Origin: an uncultured bacterium
GTDB lineage: Bacteria; Babelota; Babeliae; Babelales; Babelaceae
Length of the DNA stretch: 64,000 bases
Assembly: GCA_963819815.1 (NCBI GenBank)
Contig: CAWFXL010000001.1
Span: 1,120,001-1,184,000 of the forward strand
Direction: 5' to 3'
Numbering within the stretch: the stretch's first letter is position 1; each line of letters starts with the position of its first letter. Positions 21,296 to 30,432 of the stretch are shown here, one piece after another. The position numbers were made by a program, and so were the translations under genes. The notes beneath the pieces were generated by a model. That model worked only from the letters and a program-made list of their open reading frames with translations, was not told the DNA's origin and searched no databases.

Positions 21296-21531
21296 AATCC
21301 AAACCTCAGTTGGGCGACAAAGTGCTATTACTACAAACTCTATTATTAATAGTACTCAAAAGTCAAGGTTTGTTTGGACTTCTAGAATGATGCTATAGAA
21401 ATGTCTTGATAGAACGCTAACTCCCACTATAGAACTATTTCTGAGAACAAGAACTTGCTCGAACCGTAACTTATGATACGAGCAAGCTTACATGCTAAAA
21501 GGATAACCAATATGCGATATTATACTGAGCT

Positions 21532-21996
21532 TTAGTTCACCGGACGTCCACCGCGAAGCCTATGCTGTTTTCTTTGGGGGAATGGAGTCCCTCTTTCCTT
21601 TTCTAAAGTCTCTATCGCAAGTGCAAATGCTTCCTCCGCAAACCCTGCTACGGTAAGTCCCGGCTCCCAATACACGGCATTTTTCACTCGATCAACAAGT
21701 TCTGTGGATATATGAAGGGTAATACGTTGCTTGGTTGCACGCGGCAACTTCTCTTCAGGAATTCGTGTTCCTTTAATAGCAAGTTGTCCTTGCACATCAA
21801 CTTCTACCGCTTCACCAAACTCAACAGGTACATGCGCGGCCTGCATAGGAACTTCTGGAGCCTTAGGTTGGGGAGGCTCAGCATCCTTCTGTGATACCTT
21901 GGGTTTTTCGTTCATCTTGCTCGACACCTTCGTTGAACTCTTGGGCGTCGAGAGATACTCTTCTAATGGATTAAGACCTATAGTTTTTTTGCTCAT
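21532..21996 (-). CDS. ParA partner with probable ribbon-helix-helix DNA-binding C-terminus
   Basis: Directly downstream of parA; low-complexity N-half, then QRITLHISTELVDRVKNAVYW strand-helix-helix pattern. Confidence 0.65.
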   Translation of the reverse strand: MSKKTIGLNPLEEYLSTPKSSTKVSSKMNEKPKVSQKDAEPPQPKAPEVPMQAAHVPVEFGEAVEVDVQGQLAIKGTRIPEEKLPRATKQRITLHISTELVDRVKNAVYWEPGLTVAGFAEEAFALAIETLEKERGTPFPQRKQHRLRGGRPVN

Positions 21997-22013
21997 ACAT
22001 CCTGACCTTACTT

Positions 22014-22778
22014 TTATTGTGCATTTTCTTGACGGATTACTTCTTTAGCAAGATCTTGATAATCGATAGCTCCATTGCTGGAAGCATCATATTCTGTAAT
22101 CGGCTTTTGAAAAGAAGGTGCCTCTGATAGGCGAATATTTTCGCGAATAGCAGTTTCATAAACTAAACCACTAAAATTCTTACGTAGCTCTTCTACTACT
22201 TCTCTGGCATGACGCGTGCGACTATCCACCCTACAAGGAAGAATGCCAGAAATTTTCAGGACATTATTCAGGCGGTGTCTCACCACATCTACCGTTTGCA
22301 GCAATTGTACAAGACCAGCTACGGCCATAATGCGCGCTTCAACAGGAACAATAACTTCCTCACAAGCAGTAAGCGCATTTATGGTTAGTATCCCAAGCGT
22401 AGGTGAGCAATCTATAAGGATATAATCCCACTTAGCTTGATCTAATTCTTGTATTTTTTGCTTTAATAAAGTTTCAGCACCCACTTCATTGGCTAACGTT
22501 TTCTCCAGGCCATACAGCCATGAAGAAGAAGGGATAACGTCGACACCAAGAGTGGTTGTACTGGTAATAACAGACGTAAGTGGGGTGTTTTCAGTAAAGA
22601 CACTTAAAAGGCCTTTCTCAACCGTCGTTCTACCAAACCACTGTGAAGTGGATGCTTGAGGATCCAAATCTATAACTAAAACTTTTCGTTTCTTTTGCGC
22701 AAGAGCGGCGGCTAAATTTACCGTCGTGGTTGTTTTGCCACTACCACCCTTTTGGTTAATTATCGCAATCTTCCTCAT
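22014..22778 (-). CDS. parA: ParA/Soj family ATPase
   Basis: NQKGGSGKTT, DLDPQ, IDCSP, IRENIRLSEAPS. Confidence 0.95.
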   Translation of the reverse strand: MRKIAIINQKGGSGKTTTTVNLAAALAQKKRKVLVIDLDPQASTSQWFGRTTVEKGLLSVFTENTPLTSVITSTTTLGVDVIPSSSWLYGLEKTLANEVGAETLLKQKIQELDQAKWDYILIDCSPTLGILTINALTACEEVIVPVEARIMAVAGLVQLLQTVDVVRHRLNNVLKISGILPCRVDSRTRHAREVVEELRKNFSGLVYETAIRENIRLSEAPSFQKPITEYDASSNGAIDYQDLAKEVIRQENAQ

Positions 22779-22829
22779 GTATTCCTCAACTCTCTCATTA
22801 GAGACCCAAGTCTAACAAGCACAAAAATT

Positions 22830-23680
22830 ATTAACAACTTTTATGCTATTTTAACCATTATCATTATTTGCTTCCAATAATGTTAATACTCTCCAATGAA
22901 ATAATAAGCATGAAATACATAAATATGATAATTACCGCTAAAGAAACCTTATCATCATATATGTCAATAGATACATTATAAGTATTTTATGCAACGTAAC
23001 CATATCATGCAATTATCGTCTTTGCAAGTTTTTTATGAAATCAAGCCAATACCCAAAATACCTACCTTGTTTACATTTTAATACTTACATTAAATACACT
23101 CAACACTTTCATTTATCGCATTTACATAAATATATTAAATGCAATAAACACATCACTACTAACCATTTCCCCCATTTAATTAAACTGCGCCCATGTCAAC
23201 ATTGACACCATATGATTCATTTATTCCATTTGTCGCTATACACAAAATACATCCAATGATTGCGTTTGTGACATTTTATGAAAAACACACAACACATTTA
23301 ATGCTGCCATTTACTACATTTACACCTATGCAAATTATACGTACATTGCCTTCATTTAGTGTATTTGCTCCAATATACTAAATGAAGGCAATGCATACAT
23401 TGGGGGCGATTTATTATTTTACAGCTTTTAATACAACGCCGCCTTAACACCCATTTATGCCATTTAATAAAAACCATAAATAGCCTCATGGTAATAAAAG
23501 CACTCATTTAAGATGTGTAATAAATGCTTTCTTTTCATGTGTATGCGGTATATGCATAATTTAATGAATTGCGTTCTTTGGATGGATTGTATGTATTTGC
23601 TTATTTTGATGAAAGGAATGAAATGTAATAATTGCTGCTATTTGTGGTATTTTATATATTGTGGGTATTTGTTGTGTTTT
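22830..23680. repeat. AT-rich non-coding array of degenerate 9-bp repeats (core CATTT, reversing to AAATG near 23500)
   Basis: Examples: gattcattt-attccattt; ctgccattt-actacattt-acacctatg; ccttcattt-agtgtattt; right part has ATG recurring every 9 nt. Confidence 0.65.
23344..23393. repeat. 22-bp inverted repeat with 6-nt loop
   Basis: cattgccttcatttagtgtatt-tgctcc-aatatactaaatgaaggcaatg; one mismatch. Confidence 0.9.
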
Positions 23681-23749
23681 AAAGATAAGACATCTACCAA
23701 TTTATAGCTGGGCTCAGTAGAAATGTCTTATCTTAATGAATCATATACC

Positions 23750-23974
23750 TCAACAAGGTACACAAAAACCATTCCCTGAACAATTGCTTCCAGGACAACA
23801 ATCACCATCACTGTCACATTTACCATCCCCTTGCTCCCAATTACATATACCAAGGGAACCTGGTCGAGACATCATAGTTTCTTCACCATAGCACTCGGCA
23901 TTGAGGGATTGGACTGAAGTAGCGATAGGAAGACTCAAAAGTGCGAGAATAATAGCTATATGTGCTGCTTTCAT
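23750..23974 (-). CDS. Secreted cysteine-rich knottin-like peptide
   Basis: Signal peptide; aaggag RBS; C-x8-C-x5-CC-x4-C-x5-C core, 8 Cys in total. Confidence 0.8.
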   Translation of the reverse strand: MKAAHIAIILALLSLPIATSVQSLNAECYGEETMMSRPGSLGICNWEQGDGKCDSDGDCCPGSNCSGNGFCVPC

Positions 23975-24311
23975 AGATACTCCTTTTATTATATTTCAAC
24001 AATAAGTATATCTTTTACTTTACCAAATTTTCATATAAGATTTCAATGGTTCTTAAAAATATTTTTTCCATTCACATTGGAGGGATTACAAGAAGGTTCT
24101 ATGTTTCGGTATGCTTCAGGCTTTCCATCTCATAAGTTCTTTCTTCCGCCCCTCAAATAGTTCATATTACCGCTCATTTTCTATTAGCCACCTCACTCAT
24201 CATGTTACTCCCCAGCATACTAACGCTACCGATGAAGCCACATAGATGAACCCTCTCTTTTTTGATATACTTGCTCACAATACATTACTTGATACTCCAT
24301 AAGGACCACCA

Positions 24312-25772
24312 GTGAAAGAAAACCCCTCTATCTTAGATAAATATCCTGATTATGAAGTAACAATCGGTATGGAAGTGCATATTCAGCTCATCACGAACAG
24401 CAAGCTCTTCTGCAATAGTTCTAATGCAATTACCGATACGCCTAATGTTCATATCTGCCAGATCTGTACAGGGCAACCTGGGGTACTTCCCGTATTAAAT
24501 AAGCAGGTAGTTGTAGCTGCCGTGAAAGCCGGACTTGCGCTCAATTGTGATATTCAGCAGCGCTCCATATTTGCACGGAAGCACTATTTTTATCCAGATC
24601 TTCCAAAAGACTACCAGATTACTCAAAATGACTTTCCTATCTGCCTCAATGGGCATTTAGCTATAAAACTTCAAGATGGGTCTACCAAAAAAATACGTCT
24701 TACTCGTATTCATATCGAGGAAGATGCAGGAAAAAATATACATAGCTCCCTAGGCCATGAAAGCTTCGTTGATTTTAATCGAGCGGGAACACCCCTATTA
24801 GAAGTAGTAAGCCTTCCCGATCTCTCTAGCGCCTACGAAACGCGAGAATATCTGAAGAACCTCCGTCTTATTGTGCAATACCTACAGATCGGCACTGGCA
24901 ATATGGAAGAAGGAGCATTTAGAGCTGATACTAACATATCAGTCCGCAAAAAAGGTGCTAAAGAATTTGGTACCCGATGCGAGCTTAAGAATATAAACTC
25001 ATTTAAGTACATTTCAGATGCCATTGAATATGAAATTGAGCGGCACATTACAACCTTGGAAGCGGGGAAAAAACTCTTTCAAGAAACAAGGCTTTGGGAC
25101 ACTAAAGAGGGTGTTACCAAAGTTATGCGCTCAAAAGAAGAAGCGGTAGATTATCGATATCTTACAGATCCTGACCTTCCCTCAATTGATCTTGATCCAG
25201 AATTTATTGCCCAAATTAAAACTCAGATGCCGGAGCTTCCTTTTGAGAGGCTGACCCGCTACACCAATGATGGTCTTTCTGAATACGAAGCCGATATCCT
25301 TATTACTGATCTCTCAATAGCTCAGTTTTATGAAAAAGCCCGCACATACACGAAAAGCAAACATCTTATCAACTGGGTTCTTCGAGATTTTCTTGGGCTA
25401 CTTAAACAAGAAAAGCTGGAACCTTCAACCTGCAAAATCACTCCCGAAATGCTCGCCAAGTTAGTCGAAATGGTTGACAGCGGGGCCATTAACAATCGTG
25501 CTGCCCAAGAAATCTTTTCAGACATGGCTACTACTGGACAAGATCCACATACCATTATGGAGAAAAAGGGTCTGCAGCAGATGGGGGACACCAAAGAGCT
25601 TGAGCTCATGGTCCAAAACCTTATCAAAGAATATCCTGATAAAGCTGCCGAGCTTAAAGAAGGCCGAGACCGACTGCGCGGATTCTTCGTTGGTGAGGTT
25701 ATGAAAAAGACTCAAGGTAAAGGAAACCCTCAACTCATCAACCAAATTCTTGATTCTCTACTGAAGAAGTAG
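24312..25772 (+). CDS. gatB: Asp/Glu-tRNA amidotransferase subunit B
   Basis: IGMEVHIQL, RKHYFYPDLPK, HIEEDAGK, RCELKNINSF. Confidence 0.97.
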   Translation: MKENPSILDKYPDYEVTIGMEVHIQLITNSKLFCNSSNAITDTPNVHICQICTGQPGVLPVLNKQVVVAAVKAGLALNCDIQQRSIFARKHYFYPDLPKDYQITQNDFPICLNGHLAIKLQDGSTKKIRLTRIHIEEDAGKNIHSSLGHESFVDFNRAGTPLLEVVSLPDLSSAYETREYLKNLRLIVQYLQIGTGNMEEGAFRADTNISVRKKGAKEFGTRCELKNINSFKYISDAIEYEIERHITTLEAGKKLFQETRLWDTKEGVTKVMRSKEEAVDYRYLTDPDLPSIDLDPEFIAQIKTQMPELPFERLTRYTNDGLSEYEADILITDLSIAQFYEKARTYTKSKHLINWVLRDFLGLLKQEKLEPSTCKITPEMLAKLVEMVDSGAINNRAAQEIFSDMATTGQDPHTIMEKKGLQQMGDTKELELMVQNLIKEYPDKAAELKEGRDRLRGFFVGEVMKKTQGKGNPQLINQILDSLLKK

Positions 25773-25964
25773 TCTTTTTTACGTAAGTCTGGCGGACTCA
25801 TGATTGAGTTCCCTTCCATCAATTAGGTAAAGCCCTTGTGGCAGCTCATCTAAGAGTATTTTCACCCACCCCAAACAATTCTTATAGAAACTATTGCAAT
25901 TCAATACTAGTTTTAAATATACTATAAGTAACAATGTGAAAATATCTCATTAAAAGGAGTCATC

Positions 25965-26192
25965 ATGAAATGTATTGTAGCTTTACTAGCACTATGTGCA
26001 CTTGGTATAGCGTTCCAAGCGAGTGCTGAAGAAAAGACCAAGTATATCTGTTCGTTTGGCGGACTTACGACTGTTGAATTTGATACGAAGGAAGAGTGCT
26101 TTAAAGCATGTCTACAACCCGGTATAGCTGCCGTGTGTCAAAAAGCAAGCATCGAAACTGATATCGAAGACTCGGAAGAAGATATCTACTAA
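25965..26192 (+). CDS. Secreted cysteine-rich mini-protein (array member 1, divergent)
   Basis: aaggag RBS, signal peptide, FDTKEECFKAC motif, 4 Cys in mature part. Confidence 0.8.
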   Translation: MKCIVALLALCALGIAFQASAEEKTKYICSFGGLTTVEFDTKEECFKACLQPGIAAVCQKASIETDIEDSEEDIY

Positions 26193-26215
26193 GATTTTTC
26201 CTCAAAAAAATCTAG

Positions 26216-26241
26216 AGGGGGTGAGTTAAGTCTCATCCCCT
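26216..26241 (+). terminator. Stem-loop, probable intrinsic terminator
   Basis: agggggtgag-ttaagt-ctcatcccct downstream of stop at 26192; U-tract weak. Confidence 0.5.
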
Positions 26242-26279
26242 TACTAACTTTAAATTGTAACTACATCATGGAGAAAAAC

Positions 26280-26543
26280 ATGAACTTTCAAAACCTATTC
26301 TTCTTTGTATTATGCCTATTAGGGGCAGGGGTAACGATAAACGCTATGGGACCTCAAGGAAATTATACTTCTAAAGAGGCATGTGAAAAAAGCTGCGGCA
26401 AAAACATGTGTTATTATCATTCGCAATCAGCACCGGCACCTGAACGACAAAAAAATATTGATCCTTTAGCAATCGATATCGGTGTACGTTATTCTGTAGC
26501 ATTTATGCCAGTTGGATGGTATTGCAATCAAATCCTTAATTAA
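26280..26543 (+). CDS. Secreted cysteine-rich mini-protein (member 2)
   Basis: ggag RBS; MNFQNLFF signal; YTSKEACEKSCGKNMC...GWYC...LN. Confidence 0.85.
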   Translation: MNFQNLFFFVLCLLGAGVTINAMGPQGNYTSKEACEKSCGKNMCYYHSQSAPAPERQKNIDPLAIDIGVRYSVAFMPVGWYCNQILN

Positions 26544-26679
26544 AAGTATACTCGCAATCGGTACCGCTACTGAGAAGATTCCCGAGGAATGATACTTGCA
26601 GATGTAACTAAACTAGAGAGACACTCATCCCGACTGCAACGTAGAAAACAGTCGTATTTAAAAAAATGGAGAAAAAAAC

Positions 26680-26973
26680 ATGAAACTTCAAAATCTATTC
26701 TTCTTTGTAGTATGCCTATTAGGAGGAGTATCACATACAAAAGCTATGTCAACTAAGGAAGAATGTGAAAAAACTTGTAAAAGAAAATGCATTCCTAATC
26801 CAGTGCCTACTGGGTGGTATGTTTGCCAAGAAGGCGGATACTATTCCCGAAAATATACTCATTCTGAAGAGGGGTGCCAAAAAAACTGTAAAACCAAATG
26901 TTTTCCTGAGCCAAAACCGACTGGGTGGTCTGATTGGATCTGCGAACCAGATCCTAAATCCCCGCTCAATTAA
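26680..26973 (+). CDS. Secreted cysteine-rich mini-protein with two tandem modules (member 3)
   Basis: STKEECEKTCKRKC..PTGWYVC and SEEGCQKNCKTKC..PTGWSDWIC; 8 Cys. Confidence 0.85.
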   Translation: MKLQNLFFFVVCLLGGVSHTKAMSTKEECEKTCKRKCIPNPVPTGWYVCQEGGYYSRKYTHSEEGCQKNCKTKCFPEPKPTGWSDWICEPDPKSPLN

Positions 26974-27091
26974 AAGGAAATGCATTGACTGCAGTTTTCA
27001 AGGTTGTGATTTTGCCTTTGCTTCCTTAGTTACTTAATATAAACAAAAAAAAGGTGCCTACAGATAACGCGCCTAACATGGAGAAATCAAC

Positions 27092-27337
27092 ATGAAAATT
27101 CAAAAACTATTATTCTTTGTATCCTGCCTATTCGGGGTAATAAATGCAGAGCCTATGTATATGAAGACGTATCCTACTAAGGAGGCGTGTGAAACCAACT
27201 GCGGCAAAGAAAATATATGTTCTTATATTACTCAAGCGGCACGAGCAAAAGAAAGAGAGTCCCTTAGGCATACTGGAATAGGGATATTCGTACCTCAGCT
27301 GCCTGACGGATGGTATTGCGAAGCGGTCCTAAATTAA
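27092..27337 (+). CDS. Secreted cysteine-rich mini-protein (member 4)
   Basis: MKIQKLLFF signal; YPTKEACETNCGKENIC...GWYC..LN. Confidence 0.85.
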   Translation: MKIQKLLFFVSCLFGVINAEPMYMKTYPTKEACETNCGKENICSYITQAARAKERESLRHTGIGIFVPQLPDGWYCEAVLN

Positions 27338-27456
27338 AAGTATACTCACAATCGGTACCGCCGCTGAGAGGATCCCGAAGAATGATACTTTCAGACGTAA
27401 CGAAACTATCCCTACTGTAACTTGGAAAAAAGTGAAACAAAAACATGGAGAAAAAA

Positions 27457-27663
27457 ATGAAACTTCAAAAACTATTCTTCCTCGTATCATGCGTATTTGG
27501 AACCATAAATGTACAAGCTGTGAAACTAGAGAATGTACGAATCTCTCTTTGGAGTGGAGGTTATCCTACGAAGGAGGCCTGTGAAAAAAGCTGCAGCAAA
27601 AACCCCTGTATGAGAATGGAAGGGGGAATGGATATTCACTCTGGATGGGTCTGTCTTAATTAA
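27457..27663 (+). CDS. Secreted cysteine-rich mini-protein (member 5)
   Basis: MKLQKLFF signal; YPTKEACEKSCSKNPC...GWVCLN. Confidence 0.85.
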   Translation: MKLQKLFFLVSCVFGTINVQAVKLENVRISLWSGGYPTKEACEKSCSKNPCMRMEGGMDIHSGWVCLN

Positions 27664-27782
27664 TAAGCGAACTTGAGATAACTCTAAGGTATTTTCACGA
27701 GGCAATTGATGCTTACTTTGATGTCAAATGCCAAGTAACAATAATATAACTAATATACACACCATGCAGAAAAAGGAAAAAA

Positions 27783-27995
27783 ATGAAACTTCAAAAACTA
27801 TTCTTCCTCGTATCATGCGTATTTGGAACCATAAATGTACAAGCTGTGAAACCAGATGTGAACGTAAAAATTGATATGACGGGCGGAGGTTATCTTACGA
27901 AGGAGGCCTGTGAAAAAAACTGCGGTAAAAACTCTTGTAAGATAATGGAAGGGATCCCCGCATATGGATGGGTCTGTTTTAATTTTACGAATTGA
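27783..27995 (+). CDS. Secreted cysteine-rich mini-protein (member 6)
   Basis: Signal identical to member 5; YLTKEACEKNCGKNSC...GWVC. Confidence 0.85.
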   Translation: MKLQKLFFLVSCVFGTINVQAVKPDVNVKIDMTGGGYLTKEACEKNCGKNSCKIMEGIPAYGWVCFNFTN

Positions 27996-28109
27996 TGACT
28001 CTAGATGCCACTAAAGTATTTTCACGAGGTAATTGATGCTTACTTTGATGTCAATGCCAAGTAACAATAATATAACTAATATACACACCATGCAGAAAAA
28101 GGAAAAAAA

Positions 28110-28352
28110 ATGAAACTTCAAAAACTATTCATTTCCTTATCATTCCTATTAGGAACAATGAATCTAAATGCAATTGAAGGACCTTATGGTTCTAAGGAAC
28201 AATGTGAAGGTGCAAAACAAAGTGATTGTCAATGTTTTTATCATTCCCAACCGCCAGCACGGAGCGGTATTGACATCAGAGGCGGAATCCCTGATCGAAT
28301 GCAGGGGATGCGCAATGGATGGTATTGCAGCCAACAACAAGTTCTTAATTAA
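28110..28352 (+). CDS. Secreted cysteine-rich mini-protein (member 7)
   Basis: MKLQKLF signal; YGSKEQC...CQCFYHSQ...GWYC...LN. Confidence 0.85.
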   Translation: MKLQKLFISLSFLLGTMNLNAIEGPYGSKEQCEGAKQSDCQCFYHSQPPARSGIDIRGGIPDRMQGMRNGWYCSQQQVLN

Positions 28353-28497
28353 AAAGAGAACTAATGGGTTGCAGTAGAAATGTTTTGTCCCTCGCATGCT
28401 GTTATCCGCATCTTTAGCGCAGGCGAACAAAAACAGCACTAAATTTGCTCAAATGCAAATTCGAAGACATTTGCCTTATCTAGTTATATTTCGAGGC

Positions 28498-30273
28498 TTA
28501 TGAGCCCGCTTCCTTCTTCACAACCCTAAGGCCATACTCCTCTAGCTTCTTCGGAGCGACTGGAGTCGGAGCCTGCATAAGAGGGTCATATCCACTTTGT
28601 GTCTTTGGAAAGGCTATCACATCCCTAATTGACTTACAGTGAGCAAGAAGCATAACGAACCGGTCGATACCCAAGGCAATTCCTCCATGAGGAGGAAAAC
28701 CAAGTTCTTGCGCTTCAAGCAAGAATGAAAAATGGGATTCCATATCATCTTTGTTTAACCCAAGGAAATCAAATACTTTGCGCTGCACTTCTGGGTTGTG
28801 AATTCGAATGGAACCTCCACCAAGTTCAATCCCATTAAATACAATATCATAGGCACGAGCCTTCATTTCACCTGGTTGCAACTTTTCCCAACCTTCTTGA
28901 GGTGAGGTAAAGGGATGATGCACAGAGCTCCATTGTCCACGGGCGTCATCATACTCAAGTAAAGGGAAATCGGTCACCCACAAAAGATTTACTTCTTTGT
29001 GGTCTATAAGACCAAGTGACTCACCAAGCTGTACGCGCAAACGACCCAATTGTGTCCAAGCATCCTGATATTTGCCGGCGACGAGGAAAAGAGTATCACC
29101 TTCCCCTAAAGAGGGAATTAAGACCTTTACCTGTTTAAAAAAATCTGCTGGAAGGAATTTGGCAATAGGAGCCTCAAACTCTCCATTCTCTTTAAAGCGT
29201 ATCCAAACGAGCCCCTTTGCTCCATTAGTTAAAGCCTTGCTTACCCATCCTTCAAGCTCAGAACGAGTAAAGGCATGCTTAGCTATATGGAGGGCACCAA
29301 TTCTACCACCTTTATCAAGCACTGCTTTTAGAAAGGCTAGCGATGTTCCCTGAAAAAGAGACGTCAACTCAGTAATAGGCAAATCAAATCTTAGATCAGG
29401 CTTATCAGAACCATAGGAACTCATTGCCTTGTCATAGGTCATCCGAGGCAAAGGAAGAGAAATCTGATGGTTCATTATCGTACCAAAAATATGTGCTAAC
29501 AGTCCTTCAATGCACAACTGAATATCAGCTTCAGAAATAAATGACATCTCGACGTCAAGCTGAGTAAACTCTGGCTGCCTATCAGCACGAAGATCTTCAT
29601 CTCTAAAGCACCGTGCAATTTGCATATAGCGCTCAAGTCCGCCTGCCATGAGAAGTTGCTTATAAATCTGTGGTGATTGAGGAAGTGCATAGAATGAACC
29701 ATGATATTGACGAGAGGGCACAAGAAATTCCCGTGCACCTTCAGCAGTATTTTTTGTAAGAATAGGAGTCTCAATCTCATAGAAATTTTGCTCATTAAAA
29801 TACTGCCGCATAGCATAGATAATCTTATGGCGCATTGCTAGATGGTGCTGCATTTCAGGAGTTCGCAAATCAAGATACCGATATTTTAAACGAATCTCTT
29901 CATCCACGTGAGCTGCTTCATCAAGTTGGAAAGGAAGTGCTTTTGCTTTGTTTAAAAGCACCACCTCATGCACCTGTAATTCATATTTACCTGTTGGAAT
30001 CTCAAGGTTAATCGTTCCAGCAGCGCGGTGAACTACCGTTCCTTTTACAGAAATAACATACTCAGAACGCAATTGATCGGCTAATGCATGAGCCGTTGCC
30101 GAATAATCCGGACTAAAAACGAGCTGCATAAGACCTGTACGATCACGCAGATCCACAAAAATAATAGTCCCGTGATCGCGCCGTTTGTTAACCCATCCTG
30201 AAAGTGAAATCGTTTTCCCTACAAGATCCCCGTGTACCTGGCCGCAGCCAACGGTACGTTCATAATAATTCAT
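28498..30273 (-). CDS. aspS: Aspartate--tRNA ligase
   Basis: RRDHG, YRYLDLR, LPQSPQ, CFRDEDLRADRQPEFTQLD, GGGSIRIH, PPHGGIALG. Confidence 0.98.
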   Translation of the reverse strand: MNYYERTVGCGQVHGDLVGKTISLSGWVNKRRDHGTIIFVDLRDRTGLMQLVFSPDYSATAHALADQLRSEYVISVKGTVVHRAAGTINLEIPTGKYELQVHEVVLLNKAKALPFQLDEAAHVDEEIRLKYRYLDLRTPEMQHHLAMRHKIIYAMRQYFNEQNFYEIETPILTKNTAEGAREFLVPSRQYHGSFYALPQSPQIYKQLLMAGGLERYMQIARCFRDEDLRADRQPEFTQLDVEMSFISEADIQLCIEGLLAHIFGTIMNHQISLPLPRMTYDKAMSSYGSDKPDLRFDLPITELTSLFQGTSLAFLKAVLDKGGRIGALHIAKHAFTRSELEGWVSKALTNGAKGLVWIRFKENGEFEAPIAKFLPADFFKQVKVLIPSLGEGDTLFLVAGKYQDAWTQLGRLRVQLGESLGLIDHKEVNLLWVTDFPLLEYDDARGQWSSVHHPFTSPQEGWEKLQPGEMKARAYDIVFNGIELGGGSIRIHNPEVQRKVFDFLGLNKDDMESHFSFLLEAQELGFPPHGGIALGIDRFVMLLAHCKSIRDVIAFPKTQSGYDPLMQAPTPVAPKKLEEYGLRVVKKEAGS

Positions 30274-30375
30274 GGTTCTTAACTTTCTTATGCACCAAAC
30301 TCTCGATCAATAGATATTTCCGTTATCTATTCTAAACAAATTACCCAAAGCATGCAACTTTACTCTGAGCAGCAA

Positions 30376-30409
30376 ATAACCCAGCAAGATGCGTACCTTG
30401 CTGGGTTAT
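30376..30409 (-). terminator. 13-bp perfect hairpin, probable terminator
   Basis: ataacccagcaag-N8-cttgctgggttat just downstream of the minus-strand gene ending at 30433. Confidence 0.7.
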
Positions 30410-30432
30410 AGATATTCTTTTCTGAGTAGTAG

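Noticed and set aside
23193..23707. ORFs 23193-23381 and 23513-23707
   Set aside because: Their 3-residue periodicity is a by-product of the 9-bp DNA repeat; no RBS and implausible composition.
25965..28352. Integron cassette array or RiPP cluster
   Set aside because: No integrase, no recognisable attC palindromes and no modifying enzymes or dedicated transporter; the genes are paralogs with ordinary Sec signals.
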